From Candidatus Aenigmatarchaeota archaeon (GTDB lineage Archaea > Aenigmatarchaeota > Aenigmatarchaeia > Aenigmatarchaeales > Aenigmatarchaeaceae): a DNA stretch of 64,000 bases. Shown here piece after piece: positions 27,572 through 37,042 of the stretch (its first letter is position 1; each line of letters opens with the position of its first letter). Below the pieces are notes generated by a model. That model did not search any database. It was not told the origin of the DNA and was given only the letters and a program-made list of their open reading frames with translations. The stretch lies in contig JBDRJK010000001.1 in assembly GCA_043814985.1 (NCBI GenBank), positions 28,083 through 92,082 of the forward strand. The letters run 5' to 3'. Both the position numbers and the translations under genes were made by a program.

Positions 27572-28588
27572 GTGAAAATGAAGCCTAAAACAAAAGATTT
27601 GATTGATTTTGAGAAGAAGGTTTTTAATATAGAGAACGAATCCAGACCGAGAGGGGCTTGGTGGTGGTGGTTCTGGCTGTTCTTTTTCAACAATCCTAAA
27701 AATCCTGGAAAGCCGAGGCAGCTAATGATTCTATGGTCAACCAAGAATGTGAAAGAGATAGAGTGCAACAAGCTGAAGATAAGGCTGAACCGCAATAGTG
27801 ACAGAAAAAACCTGGACGGCGCAGTGGCTGTCTGGTACTTTGATGGAGAAAAGATGAACCACAACTTCGTCCTAGAGCAATGCAACCTAAAGCTGTCAGG
27901 CAACGAGCTTTCATCTGATTCAAAAACACCAACTTCCTTTTCCACAGACAATAACAAGAACATGGTAAAGATAGGAAATGATTTCACTTTCATTGCAGAA
28001 AGTAATAAAGGTCATAAGTTTTCAATGCCAGTTTATCGTTCCAACAATTATCTGGGAAATGTGGGATACTCAATATTGAAAATGAACCGTCTCAGCCTAA
28101 GGGGAAAAATAAGGAATGAACCGATAAGTGGAAGCGCCTACTTCCAGCGAGTTTTCGTTAATGCCCCTTCAGTCCCGTGGTACTGGGGCATATTCCACTT
28201 TGAGAACGGCGGCATACTGACATACTTCAACCCGCATGTGTTTGGGAAGTCAATCAAGAAGGACATATCCTTTTTTGACGGCAGGAGCATGCACAAGTTC
28301 GACAACATAAAAGTAAGGAGATTGGGCAAGTATCTGCCGACTTTTCTTATAACAGGAATCAATGAAAAGGAAAGAATAAGTTTCAAAGTGAAGAGCTATT
28401 CTCACTCCTCATGGTCCTTCAAGAAAAAATCACTGGGTATAATACCCAACAAACTTGTCTACAATGAGTATCCATCTGTTATTTCTGATTTGAAACTGAC
28501 AAACAACAAGACAGGCAGAAGTATTCTTTTGAAGAAGCTGGGTAAGTCAGTGGGCAATGCCGAGCACACAACTGGTTTGTTGCTTTAA
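27572..28588 (+). CDS. Conserved-looking hypothetical protein, aromatic- and beta-strand-rich (AttH/tocopherol-cyclase-like fold possible)
   Basis: GAWWWWFWLFF and SGSAYFQRV...PWYWGIFHF pattern; the fold assignment is inference. Confidence 0.7.
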   Translation: MKMKPKTKDLIDFEKKVFNIENESRPRGAWWWWFWLFFFNNPKNPGKPRQLMILWSTKNVKEIECNKLKIRLNRNSDRKNLDGAVAVWYFDGEKMNHNFVLEQCNLKLSGNELSSDSKTPTSFSTDNNKNMVKIGNDFTFIAESNKGHKFSMPVYRSNNYLGNVGYSILKMNRLSLRGKIRNEPISGSAYFQRVFVNAPSVPWYWGIFHFENGGILTYFNPHVFGKSIKKDISFFDGRSMHKFDNIKVRRLGKYLPTFLITGINEKERISFKVKSYSHSSWSFKKKSLGIIPNKLVYNEYPSVISDLKLTNNKTGRSILLKKLGKSVGNAEHTTGLLL

Positions 28589-28738
28589 GATAATTTTATA
28601 TATTTTTGACTTCAAATAATCCTCTAGGCGATTACATGGGATGGGATTCACTTCAATTTATTTAGAAGATTTGTCTATTTCTAGTAAGCTTAAAAATAAA
28701 GCTAGAGTAATTTATCTATTAGCTGTAAAGGTGAGTAT

Positions 28739-29824
28739 ATGAAAAATGAAAGAATAGATCCGTGGGGCTCAATCGAAATAAAGGATTATTCAAATGTCTT
28801 CAAGGAATTCGGCCTAAAGCCCTTTCCAGAAGAATACAGAAAGAATCTGAATCATCTAGCCTTTAGAAGAAAAATCGTGATAGCCCACAGGGATTTTGAG
28901 AAGGTTTACAATAGGATAATGAACAAAAAGCCCTTCATAAACATGACAGGCATAGCTTCCAGCGGATATCTGCACATGGGCCACAAGGCTGTGATAGACC
29001 TATTCATATTTTTCAAAAATTGCGGAGCCAAAAACCTTTTCGGCATATGTGATATAGACGCCTACACGAGCAGGAAGAAGATTCCCGACTTGAAAACAGC
29101 AAAGGAGTTTGCTGTAAGCAACTTGGCAGATGTCCTAGCATTAGGCCTGACAAAGAATGATGTTTACATACAAAGCAAGAAAGAGCAGAGATATTATGAA
29201 TTCACTTTCGAGCTTTCTAAAAAAATCACTGGGGCGACTTTTCAAGCAATTTACGGAACTCTGGACCTGGGAAAGGTTTCAGCAAACCTCCTACAATACG
29301 CAGACATCTTGCACGGCCAACTGAAAGAGTATTGCGGAAAGATGCCATCCATAACTGCAATTGCAATCGAGCAGGACCCTCACATAAGGGCTGTCAGGGA
29401 TGTTGCCAAAAGGCTTCCGTATGATATGGAACTGCCGTCCTCAATATACATCACCCATCAACCAGGCCTTAAAGAGGGCATGAAGATGAGCTCTTCAGTG
29501 CCTGACACTGCCATTTTCTTAAGGGACAAGCCAGAAGTAGCCAAAAAGAAAATACTGAACTCATTCACTGGAGGCAAAGACACTGTTGAAGAGCAGAAAA
29601 AAACAGGGGGCAATCCCGACATATGCAAAGTCTATAATATTTTTAAATTCCACCATCCTGACGATAAACAAGTTGAAGATATTTATAAAAACTGCAAGTC
29701 TGGAAGTCTTATGTGTGGAAATTGCAAAAAGATTTGCATAAAATTCGTTGAAGAATTCTTAAAAGAGCATCAAAAGAAATACAAAAAGTTTGAACCAGTT
29801 GCAAGAAAAATGGTATTTGGTTGA
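28739..29824 (+). CDS. trpS: Tryptophanyl-tRNA synthetase
   Basis: IDPWGS, HIGH-like HMGH, EQDPH, KMSSS and GGNPDIC motifs. Confidence 0.95.
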   Translation: MKNERIDPWGSIEIKDYSNVFKEFGLKPFPEEYRKNLNHLAFRRKIVIAHRDFEKVYNRIMNKKPFINMTGIASSGYLHMGHKAVIDLFIFFKNCGAKNLFGICDIDAYTSRKKIPDLKTAKEFAVSNLADVLALGLTKNDVYIQSKKEQRYYEFTFELSKKITGATFQAIYGTLDLGKVSANLLQYADILHGQLKEYCGKMPSITAIAIEQDPHIRAVRDVAKRLPYDMELPSSIYITHQPGLKEGMKMSSSVPDTAIFLRDKPEVAKKKILNSFTGGKDTVEEQKKTGGNPDICKVYNIFKFHHPDDKQVEDIYKNCKSGSLMCGNCKKICIKFVEEFLKEHQKKYKKFEPVARKMVFG

Positions 29825-29825
29825 T

Positions 29826-31154
29826 ATGTACAAGTTAACACCTGAGGGTCAGGATTATCTAAAGAACGGTTTGCCGGAGAAGCAATTGCTAAAGTCATTA
29901 GGAGATGAGAAGCCATTGGAAGAGGTTTCCAAATCACCAAAATCCGGGATATCAATTGGATGGGCAAGAAGGAATGCATGGATAGAGATTGAGAACAAGA
30001 AAGTCAAAATAACTGAACTCGGTAAAAAGGCAATTAGTGAGAGAACTGAAATTGAAAAATCATTAGATGATATTGATAAGAATGGAACAACAGATGAAAA
30101 ACTAACAAAGATTCTATTGAGCAGAAAACTGATTGCGGAGATGGAAGATACTGTAACCGAAACGGAAACAACAGAAAAAGTTTCTTTTTGGCAGAGACTA
30201 ATTAATTTCTTCTACAAGAAAGAAAGACCTGTTATAGAAATAACAAATTCAACAGAAATAGCGCAGCTGACACCACAACTAATCAAAACAGGAGAATGGA
30301 AAAACAAGGCCTTCAGGAAATATGATGTGAATGCTCCTGCTCCCAAAGTCTATGCTGGTAAAAAGCAGCCCTATGTCCAATTCGAAGAAGACATAAGAGA
30401 CAAGTTAATAGGTTTGGGGTTCCAGGAAATGAAAGGCCCTCTGGTCGAGACTTCTTTTTGGAACTGCGACGCTTTGTTCATACCGCAGGACCATCCTGCC
30501 AAGAGCATGCAAGACATATTCTACATGAAAAACCCGAGCACAGGAAGACTGCCTGACGAGAATCTCATTTCAAAGGTCAAGGCAACGCACGAGGGCGGCT
30601 GGGTTACTGAAAGTACTGGATGGGGTGGCCACTGGTCAAAGGAAGAAAGCAAAAAGGTTCTATTAAGATCACACACAACAGCTGTTTCTGCCAGAACACT
30701 TTACGAGATTGGTGAAAAACCAGGAAAGTATTTTACAATAGATAGGAACTTCAGGCCTGATATCATAGATGCAAGTCATCTAGCAGAATTCTACCAGTGT
30801 GAGGGCATAGTTGTTGGTAAGGACTTGTCATTCAGGAATGTTTTAGGATACTTGAAGGAAATATCGCAGAGCTTGGGCTCAATAGAGGTTAAGTTCAAGC
30901 CAGGCTTCTTCCCCTACACAGAACCTTCTGTTGAGGGTTTTGTCAAGCACCCCCAGATGGGATGGATAGAAGTATTGCCTGCAGGTTTGTTTAGACCTGA
31001 ACTATTGAGACCGCTAGGTATAGAAGACTATCAGGTGCTGGCATGGGGAATCGGGATTAGCAGGCTGGCCATGGCAAAGCTGAACATAACTGACATCAGG
31101 ATGCTGTTCTCTGATGATCTAGAATGGTTAAGGAAAACTCCAATGGTGAAATAG
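29826..31154 (+). CDS. pheS: Phenylalanyl-tRNA synthetase alpha subunit (archaeal type)
   Basis: FWNCDALFIPQDHPA, LRSHTT, HLAEFYQCEG and FFPYTEPS; likely start is the ATG at 29826. Confidence 0.97.
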   Translation: MYKLTPEGQDYLKNGLPEKQLLKSLGDEKPLEEVSKSPKSGISIGWARRNAWIEIENKKVKITELGKKAISERTEIEKSLDDIDKNGTTDEKLTKILLSRKLIAEMEDTVTETETTEKVSFWQRLINFFYKKERPVIEITNSTEIAQLTPQLIKTGEWKNKAFRKYDVNAPAPKVYAGKKQPYVQFEEDIRDKLIGLGFQEMKGPLVETSFWNCDALFIPQDHPAKSMQDIFYMKNPSTGRLPDENLISKVKATHEGGWVTESTGWGGHWSKEESKKVLLRSHTTAVSARTLYEIGEKPGKYFTIDRNFRPDIIDASHLAEFYQCEGIVVGKDLSFRNVLGYLKEISQSLGSIEVKFKPGFFPYTEPSVEGFVKHPQMGWIEVLPAGLFRPELLRPLGIEDYQVLAWGIGISRLAMAKLNITDIRMLFSDDLEWLRKTPMVK

Positions 31155-31406
31155 ATGGCAGACTTAATTATTGAGATAATCGGCTGGTTTGGCATGGCAC
31201 TTGTATTAGTGGCATATCTTTTGATTACTACCAAGAAGGTCAAGATTGGATCTTTCATATATCATGGTTTGAATTTTATTGGAGCAATAACACTGGGATT
31301 CAATGCTCTAGCCAACGAGGCATACCCATCTGCTCTCTTGAATGCAATATGGTTGGTTATTGCAGTATACGGTCTACTGGAAGGTATGAAAATATTCAAA
31401 AGGTGA
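31155..31406 (+). CDS. Small 3-TM membrane protein (CBU_0592-like)
   Basis: IGWFG..L.L.AY.L...Y..LN.IG...N..W pattern. Confidence 0.75.
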   Translation: MADLIIEIIGWFGMALVLVAYLLITTKKVKIGSFIYHGLNFIGAITLGFNALANEAYPSALLNAIWLVIAVYGLLEGMKIFKR

Positions 31407-31410
31407 TTGA

Positions 31411-31830
31411 ATGAAAATAAGGAACGCAACATCAAAGGACAGAAAGAAGATAACTGAACTTTATTTCGGTCTTTATCCTGACTGGAAGAGGAAGGTTAAG
31501 GGAAAGGTACCACTAGATACGAAAGTCAAGAAGATTGTTCTTCTGGCTGAAGATAAAAAAGATGTTGTGGGGTTCTGTTGGGCCAATCTTATCCAACACG
31601 GCTTTTCAAAGTTCGGTTACATCGAGGACTTGTTCGTCAGCGAGGGTTCCAGAAAAAAAGGTGTAGGAACCATGCTTGTCAAAAGAGTCGTAAAAGAGAT
31701 GAAGAAAAAGGGAGTAGCAGCCATCTTCATCACAACCAGTAGGAAAAACAAAAATGCCATAGAATTTTACAAAAAATCAGGTTTCATAGTGGACAAGAAT
31801 GTATGGTTGTACTGGAGCAGAAAAAAGTGA
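31411..31830 (+). CDS. GNAT-family N-acetyltransferase
   Basis: IEDLFV...RKKGVGTML motif A and N.NAIEFYKKSGF. Confidence 0.92.
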   Translation: MKIRNATSKDRKKITELYFGLYPDWKRKVKGKVPLDTKVKKIVLLAEDKKDVVGFCWANLIQHGFSKFGYIEDLFVSEGSRKKGVGTMLVKRVVKEMKKKGVAAIFITTSRKNKNAIEFYKKSGFIVDKNVWLYWSRKK

Positions 31831-31834
31831 TTGA

Positions 31835-32575
31835 ATGGCAAAGATAAACTCGATTGTAAGATTTTTGAACAAGGAATTGAAAGTCAAAAAAATAAAAGAC
31901 CCTTGGTGTAAGAACGGTCTTCAAGTAAAGTCATCTACTGAAGTGAAAAAAATTGGTTTGTCTGTAGATGCATGTATGGATGTTTTTGAAAAGGCCAAAA
32001 AGTTAAATTGCGACCTCATTATAGTTCATCATGGTATTCTTAAGCCCAAACAAAAAGACACTACAGGTTTAATAAAGAAGCGTATGAAATTCCTGAAGAA
32101 AAACAAAATATCTCTGTATGCTTCTCATCTTCCTTTAGACATTCATAAGAAATATGGTAACAATGCTAACATACTAAGAATGATTGGACTGGAACCAAAG
32201 GCTTCTTTCTCAGAAGTAGGATACCTAACATACTCGAAAGGTAGAAGCATTGACTCAATAGCAAAAGAATTGGGAAAGAAGTTGAAGACAAGATTTAAAA
32301 TATGGAGATTTGGTAAAAAGAGGGTAAGAAAAATAGCTGTGAACTCAGGCTATGGCGGTCCTGAAGTTAGTCTGGCAATCAAGAAGGGTGTGGACCTTTT
32401 GATTGTTGGAGAGCTAGGTCATGGACCTTATCTTCGTGCAAAGGAAGGGAAATTAAACGTGATTTTAGGGGGCCATTACAAAACAGAAACAGTAGGTATC
32501 AAGATATTGGGAAATATATTGGAAAGAGAGTTCGACTTAAAGACTGTCTTCATAGACAATCCAACGGGAATGTGA
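31835..32575 (+). CDS. Nif3-like dinuclear metal-centre protein (YbgI/DUF34)
   Basis: NGLQV, IVHHG, SHLPLD.H and GHYKTE motifs. Confidence 0.93.
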   Translation: MAKINSIVRFLNKELKVKKIKDPWCKNGLQVKSSTEVKKIGLSVDACMDVFEKAKKLNCDLIIVHHGILKPKQKDTTGLIKKRMKFLKKNKISLYASHLPLDIHKKYGNNANILRMIGLEPKASFSEVGYLTYSKGRSIDSIAKELGKKLKTRFKIWRFGKKRVRKIAVNSGYGGPEVSLAIKKGVDLLIVGELGHGPYLRAKEGKLNVILGGHYKTETVGIKILGNILEREFDLKTVFIDNPTGM

Positions 32576-32660
32576 TTAAAATGATTTTTACAGAACTAAG
32601 ACAAAAAAACTACTTGAAAAGGTTAAAGAGTATTACAAAGAGGCTGGTTTGAGTGATTAG

Positions 32661-34265
32661 ATGGTTGTAATTGAGATTAGCAAAAAGGATTTGTTGAATT
32701 TATTGGGAAAGGAAATGACAGACGATGAAATAGAGGAAGTCCTGTTCCTGATAAAGATAGAGTCAAGGATTGACGGCGATGTCATAGAATGTGAGATGAA
32801 TCCTGACAGGCCTGACTTTTTCTCTGTTGAGGGAATAGTAAGGTGGATGAAAGGCTTCTTGGAAATAGAAAGCGGTTTGAAAAAGTATGATGTCTCTGAC
32901 TCAAAGGTTGTATTGAAAAAAGAGAACTCTGAAGTGAGACCATACATAGGATGCGGCATAATAAAGGATGTTGAGCTCACTGACAATCTGGTAAAGAGCC
33001 TGATGCAAGTCCAGGAAAAACTGCACGACAGCATTGGAAGGGGAAGGAAGAAGGTTGCGATTGGTGTTCATGATTTTGACAAGATGAAGCCTCCCCTGGT
33101 TTACAGGGATGTGGAAGAGGAGACATTTGTTCCTTTAGGCAAAACAAAAGAAATGACCATAAAGGAAATACTTACCAAGCATCCCAAGGGAGTTGCATTC
33201 GCGCATCTTGTAAAAGACAAGTATCCTCTGATTTATGACAAGGAAGGTGTGATAAGTTTTCCTCCAATAATAAACTCTGAAAGAACCAGGGTAACTGAAA
33301 ACACGAAAACATTATTCCTTGATGTTACAGGAACGGATGAGAAGACAGTCAATGTTGCATTGAACATACTGGCCTGCAACATACTAGAAAGGTGCGGTAA
33401 ATTAGAAACAGTAAAGGTCGGCAACAAGAAGATGCCTGACCTCACACCAGTCCAGAAAACAATAGACATTGAATACATAAACAAAATCATAGGATTGGAA
33501 TTAACCGGAGACGAAATAGTAAAATTATTTGAGAAGATGAGGTACAGCGCCTCAAAACCAAGAGGCGGTAAAATAACAGTCTCAATACCTCCTTATCGTG
33601 CTGACATACTGCATGCAATTGACCTGGTAGAAGATGTTGCAATCGGTTATGGCTATAATAATCTGGAGCCAGAGATTCCTGAACTGGCAACAATTGGAAA
33701 AGAAGCTGGAATAGAAGTATTGACAAGGAAGATAAGAGAGCTAATGGTCGGTTTGGAATGCCAGGAGATTGTCAACTTTGTTTTAACGAGCAAAGAGAAC
33801 AACTTCTCAAAAATGAATGTTGATGGGACTGCAGCAGAATTAATGAATCCTATATCAAGCGAATACACAATATGCAGGACATGGCTTCTTCCCTGTTTGA
33901 TAAGGAACCTGGTGTCGAACAAGCACAGGGACTACCCGCAGAGAATATTTGAAATAGGTGACTGCGTTGCTCTTGATGAAACAGAAGAAACAGGAACCAA
34001 GACTATCAGAAAGCTGGCAGGAGTTGTTTCATATGACAACACCAACCTGACAGAGATGAAGTCAATAATAGAGAGCGTCCTGAAGAATTTAGGATATGAC
34101 TACCAGATAAATGATTACAAGCATCCGAGCTTTATTGAGACAAGGGTCGGAGAGATAACAGTCAATGAAAAGCAGATAGGATTCTTCGGGGAAATCAAGC
34201 CTGAAATACTTGAGAAATGGAAGCTTGAGAAACCAGTGATTGCCTTTGAGATCGAGGTTGTTTAG
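32661..34265 (+). CDS. pheT: Phenylalanyl-tRNA synthetase beta subunit (archaeal type)
   Basis: PDRPD, QEKLH..IGRGRKKVAIG.HD, SFPPIINS and DLVEDVAIGYG. Confidence 0.97.
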   Translation: MVVIEISKKDLLNLLGKEMTDDEIEEVLFLIKIESRIDGDVIECEMNPDRPDFFSVEGIVRWMKGFLEIESGLKKYDVSDSKVVLKKENSEVRPYIGCGIIKDVELTDNLVKSLMQVQEKLHDSIGRGRKKVAIGVHDFDKMKPPLVYRDVEEETFVPLGKTKEMTIKEILTKHPKGVAFAHLVKDKYPLIYDKEGVISFPPIINSERTRVTENTKTLFLDVTGTDEKTVNVALNILACNILERCGKLETVKVGNKKMPDLTPVQKTIDIEYINKIIGLELTGDEIVKLFEKMRYSASKPRGGKITVSIPPYRADILHAIDLVEDVAIGYGYNNLEPEIPELATIGKEAGIEVLTRKIRELMVGLECQEIVNFVLTSKENNFSKMNVDGTAAELMNPISSEYTICRTWLLPCLIRNLVSNKHRDYPQRIFEIGDCVALDETEETGTKTIRKLAGVVSYDNTNLTEMKSIIESVLKNLGYDYQINDYKHPSFIETRVGEITVNEKQIGFFGEIKPEILEKWKLEKPVIAFEIEVV

Positions 34266-34862
34266 ATGGACAGCATGTTTCATTTCATATTCCCGATAAT
34301 TGCCGCGCTTGCAGCAAGGCTGAATGTCAAGCATCCCATAAAGTCAATACTGGCAGCTGCTGTTTTAACAGTATTGATAGATGTGGACCACTTCATTGGT
34401 TTGGAAAGGGCGACATTCCATAATGTCTTTGTAATAATCCTACTTCCATTGGTATTGTTGTACCTAGCATTCCATTTCAGAATGAACCGTTATGCCAAAG
34501 GGTTCTTACTTCTATTGTTGGTATTTTCTTCAAGCCACCTTTTCCTAGATTTGTTCTCCTCGCCTAGCTTCGGAACCGGCATAGGAATAGTAGAAGGTGC
34601 GGGCCCTGCCTTGTTTTACCCCCTAAGTAACACTCAGTACTCAATAGACTTCAACATAAAGATTCCAATGAGCACTGACAACCCGCCATACCTAATAGAA
34701 GGGTATGTGATATCTTCTCTAGGTTTTGGAATTTTATTGTATTTCATAATTATTTTGCTGCCCTGCCTGTTCTTGGATGACATAATAGAAATAGCAGAAA
34801 GAAAACGAGAAAACTTAGGAAAGGCAACACAGAGCTTCCTCAAGAAATCTTTTAGAGACTAG
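34266..34862 (+). CDS. Membrane-bound metal-dependent hydrolase (YdjM-like)
   Basis: N-terminal H, DVDH, R..FHN and SHLFLD motifs within TM segments. Confidence 0.8.
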   Translation: MDSMFHFIFPIIAALAARLNVKHPIKSILAAAVLTVLIDVDHFIGLERATFHNVFVIILLPLVLLYLAFHFRMNRYAKGFLLLLLVFSSSHLFLDLFSSPSFGTGIGIVEGAGPALFYPLSNTQYSIDFNIKIPMSTDNPPYLIEGYVISSLGFGILLYFIIILLPCLFLDDIIEIAERKRENLGKATQSFLKKSFRD

Positions 34863-35623
34863 TCCCACCAGAAGAACAATCTTTCAAAAAAGCTCTTCTT
34901 CTTGGCTCCGTAATAAGTTTCGCCAAGTATCCTTGATGCGAGCTTCTGGAACTGTATCGATGATTTGCTTCTTGGTTTGTGATGTACAACAGGAGTTTTT
35001 TTAGAAATTGACTTGGGAACAGCCAAATCCTCAGGAATTATAGAGATTATCGGGACCTCAAGCATGGACCTTATCTCGTCCATTGACAATTCATGACTCA
35101 TACCCCTGACCCTGTTTACCACGACTCCCAAAACATTGGTATTGTTGTCCTGGGCTATCTTTATTGTCTTCAAAGCGTCTGCAACAGCTGGCAGCTCTGG
35201 ATTGGTCACAATCAAAATATCGTCTGCAACATCCATTGCAGTCAATGCCTCCTTTCCAAGACCAGCTGCAGAGTCAACAATGATTATGTCGTTCTTGTCA
35301 ACAAGGTGTGAGAGTGCCTTTTCCAACTTGCTCATGTCAATTCCTTTCAAAGCTTCAGTTGACAATGAAGCAGGAACTATCTTCAACCCAGTGTGATGGT
35401 CGTAGATGGCTGATTCTATAGGCGTGTCATTCCTTAGAACATCATGAAGAGTGACTGGATAGAGAGGAATGCCTAAATGTAAGCTTAAATTGGGCGTTGT
35501 GACATTGGCGTCGAGTATTGTTACCTTCTTTCCCCTCTTCACCAAGGCAGTACCAAGATTAGAAACCAAAGTTGTTTTGCCAACACCACCTTTTCCAGAC
35601 AATACAGATATTATCCTTGCCAT
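34859..35623 (-). CDS. minD: Archaeal cell-division ATPase MinD
   Basis: Deviant Walker A GKGGVGKTT, DANVTTPNL, DSAAGLG, and a C-terminal amphipathic helix KKSFFERLFFWWD. Confidence 0.93.
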   Translation of the reverse strand: MARIISVLSGKGGVGKTTLVSNLGTALVKRGKKVTILDANVTTPNLSLHLGIPLYPVTLHDVLRNDTPIESAIYDHHTGLKIVPASLSTEALKGIDMSKLEKALSHLVDKNDIIIVDSAAGLGKEALTAMDVADDILIVTNPELPAVADALKTIKIAQDNNTNVLGVVVNRVRGMSHELSMDEIRSMLEVPIISIIPEDLAVPKSISKKTPVVHHKPRSKSSIQFQKLASRILGETYYGAKKKSFFERLFFWWD

Positions 35624-35661
35624 TTAACCAAAAAATAATTTGTTTAATACAGATAAAAAGA

Positions 35662-35961
35662 TTATTCAGAGCAACTTATTGACTCATATACGAATTTTTC
35701 TATAGAATAATCTTCTTTGAAACCTATTTTAGGATCGATTAATTTCAAATCACCAACAACTCCCTCACACCTTTCCAAGTCACTGGGTGGGTCCATAAAA
35801 GCTAGAGACAAGTTCTCTCCTTGGTAACAATTGAGCACTTTACATCTTTTCTTACAGCCTTCTCTATCACAGCTTGCTCTATACAAAATTCTTTGGTCGT
35901 CAGGATTTGATTCAATTACAGCTGTAAGATGGGTTTTTTTACCCTCTATTCTATTACTCAT
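35662..35961 (-). CDS. Hypothetical protein
   Basis: 99-aa AT-rich ORF with 6 Cys and no recognisable family. Confidence 0.5.
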   Translation of the reverse strand: MSNRIEGKKTHLTAVIESNPDDQRILYRASCDREGCKKRCKVLNCYQGENLSLAFMDPPSDLERCEGVVGDLKLIDPKIGFKEDYSIEKFVYESISCSE

Positions 35962-36111
35962 TTAATCACATCTGTTAATTAGAAAAAAAGCTTTAAATTC
36001 TCTTTGATTAAAACCAATTGGTACCAACGGACTTTACAGAAAAATGTTAACTAAAACATCCCTTTAAAAAGGTTAAAAGGAAAATCTGGAATATCAATAG
36101 GAGGTATTAAT

Positions 36112-36417
36112 ATGGTAACAGGTGTTGTAAAGTTTTATAATCCAAACAAAAGCTTTGGATTTATAACTGGCGATGATGGAAAAGATTATTTCGTCCACTC
36201 AAGTGGATTGAAAGAAGGCGTTGACATCACAGAAGGCGACAAAGTTTCCTTTGAAGTTGTTGAAGGCGACAAGGGACTAAAAGCTGAACAAGTTGAAAAA
36301 ACAGGTGCAGCTGCAGAAAAGCCAGAAGAAGCTGAAGAATCAGAAGATGTAGAAACGGACGAAGGCGTAGAAACAGATGATTCAGACGATGATGATTCGG
36401 ACGAAGACGAAGAATAG
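36112..36417 (+). CDS. csp: Cold-shock protein with acidic C-terminal tail
   Basis: RNP1 KSFGFI and RNP2 YFVH; GGAGGT RBS; D/E-rich last ~30 aa. Confidence 0.95.
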   Translation: MVTGVVKFYNPNKSFGFITGDDGKDYFVHSSGLKEGVDITEGDKVSFEVVEGDKGLKAEQVEKTGAAAEKPEEAEESEDVETDEGVETDDSDDDDSDEDEE

Positions 36418-36515
36418 TAAAACATATTCTAAAAGAGTTTTGTAATTGTTTTTTTATATTTAATTATTGTAGCCACAGCTATAGCCTTAAATGCATATTT
36501 TTCTATATTTTTAGT

Positions 36516-36815
36516 ATGGCAAGTAATCCTCTTGGTATTAAAATAGAACCAATTGATTTAGGTTTTAATTCCTCAAGAAAGAGTGGTAGAGATAAAAGAA
36601 GGTCCTTTACTAGAAGCCAAAAAAATGAAATTCTTTATCAACAAGGTAATAAATGTGCTATATGTCATAAGCCTTTAGATCCAAGAGATATTGAATATGA
36701 CCATAAAAAACCTTGGGCTTCTGGAGGTAGAACTATAACCATTAATGGTAGAGCATTATGTGGTTCTTGTCATAATAAAGTTAGCCACAAGACCAGATTA
36801 AAAAAAAGTAGATAA
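36516..36815 (+). CDS. HNH endonuclease (may extend to 36876 if one A of the A8 run at 36800-36807 is spurious)
   Basis: CAIC...EYDHKKP.ASGG...NGRALCGSCH. Confidence 0.88.
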   Translation: MASNPLGIKIEPIDLGFNSSRKSGRDKRRSFTRSQKNEILYQQGNKCAICHKPLDPRDIEYDHKKPWASGGRTITINGRALCGSCHNKVSHKTRLKKSR

Positions 36816-36885
36816 GAAAAGGGAATCTAAGAAAAATAATATTCTTGGTGGATCATTAATTGACTTTGATGTTTAAAACGAGAAA

Positions 36886-36995
36886 TGCCCCCGGAGGGAT
36901 TTGAACCCTCGGCCCCTTGATTTCTTCATCTTCGAATCAGAACTTCTAAGTTATTTAGAAGTCAAGTGCTCTAATCCAAACTGAGCTACGGAGGC
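36886..36995 (-). tRNA. trnR: tRNA-Arg(TCT) with a 34-nt canonical 37/38 intron (36922..36955)
   Basis: Acceptor stem GCCTCCG/CGGGGGC, anticodon stem CTTGA/TCAAG, T arm GAGGG-TTCAAAT-CCCTC. BHB: exon CTTC pairs with intron GAAG, with bulges TA|A and AA|A. Confidence 0.95.
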
Positions 36996-37042
36996 ATATT
37001 GAATTTATTTATTGTGTTGCTTATAAATTTATAGTGATTGAA

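Noticed and set aside
28636-28742. Trp-containing uORF (MGWDSLQFI) and a 33-aa ORF overlapping the trpS start, as an attenuator
   Set aside because: Single Trp codon, no RBS and no alternative hairpins; compatible with chance in AT-rich DNA.
35662-36995. Integrated element at tRNA-Arg
   Set aside because: No integrase, and no duplicated tRNA 3' end (att site) was found in the window.
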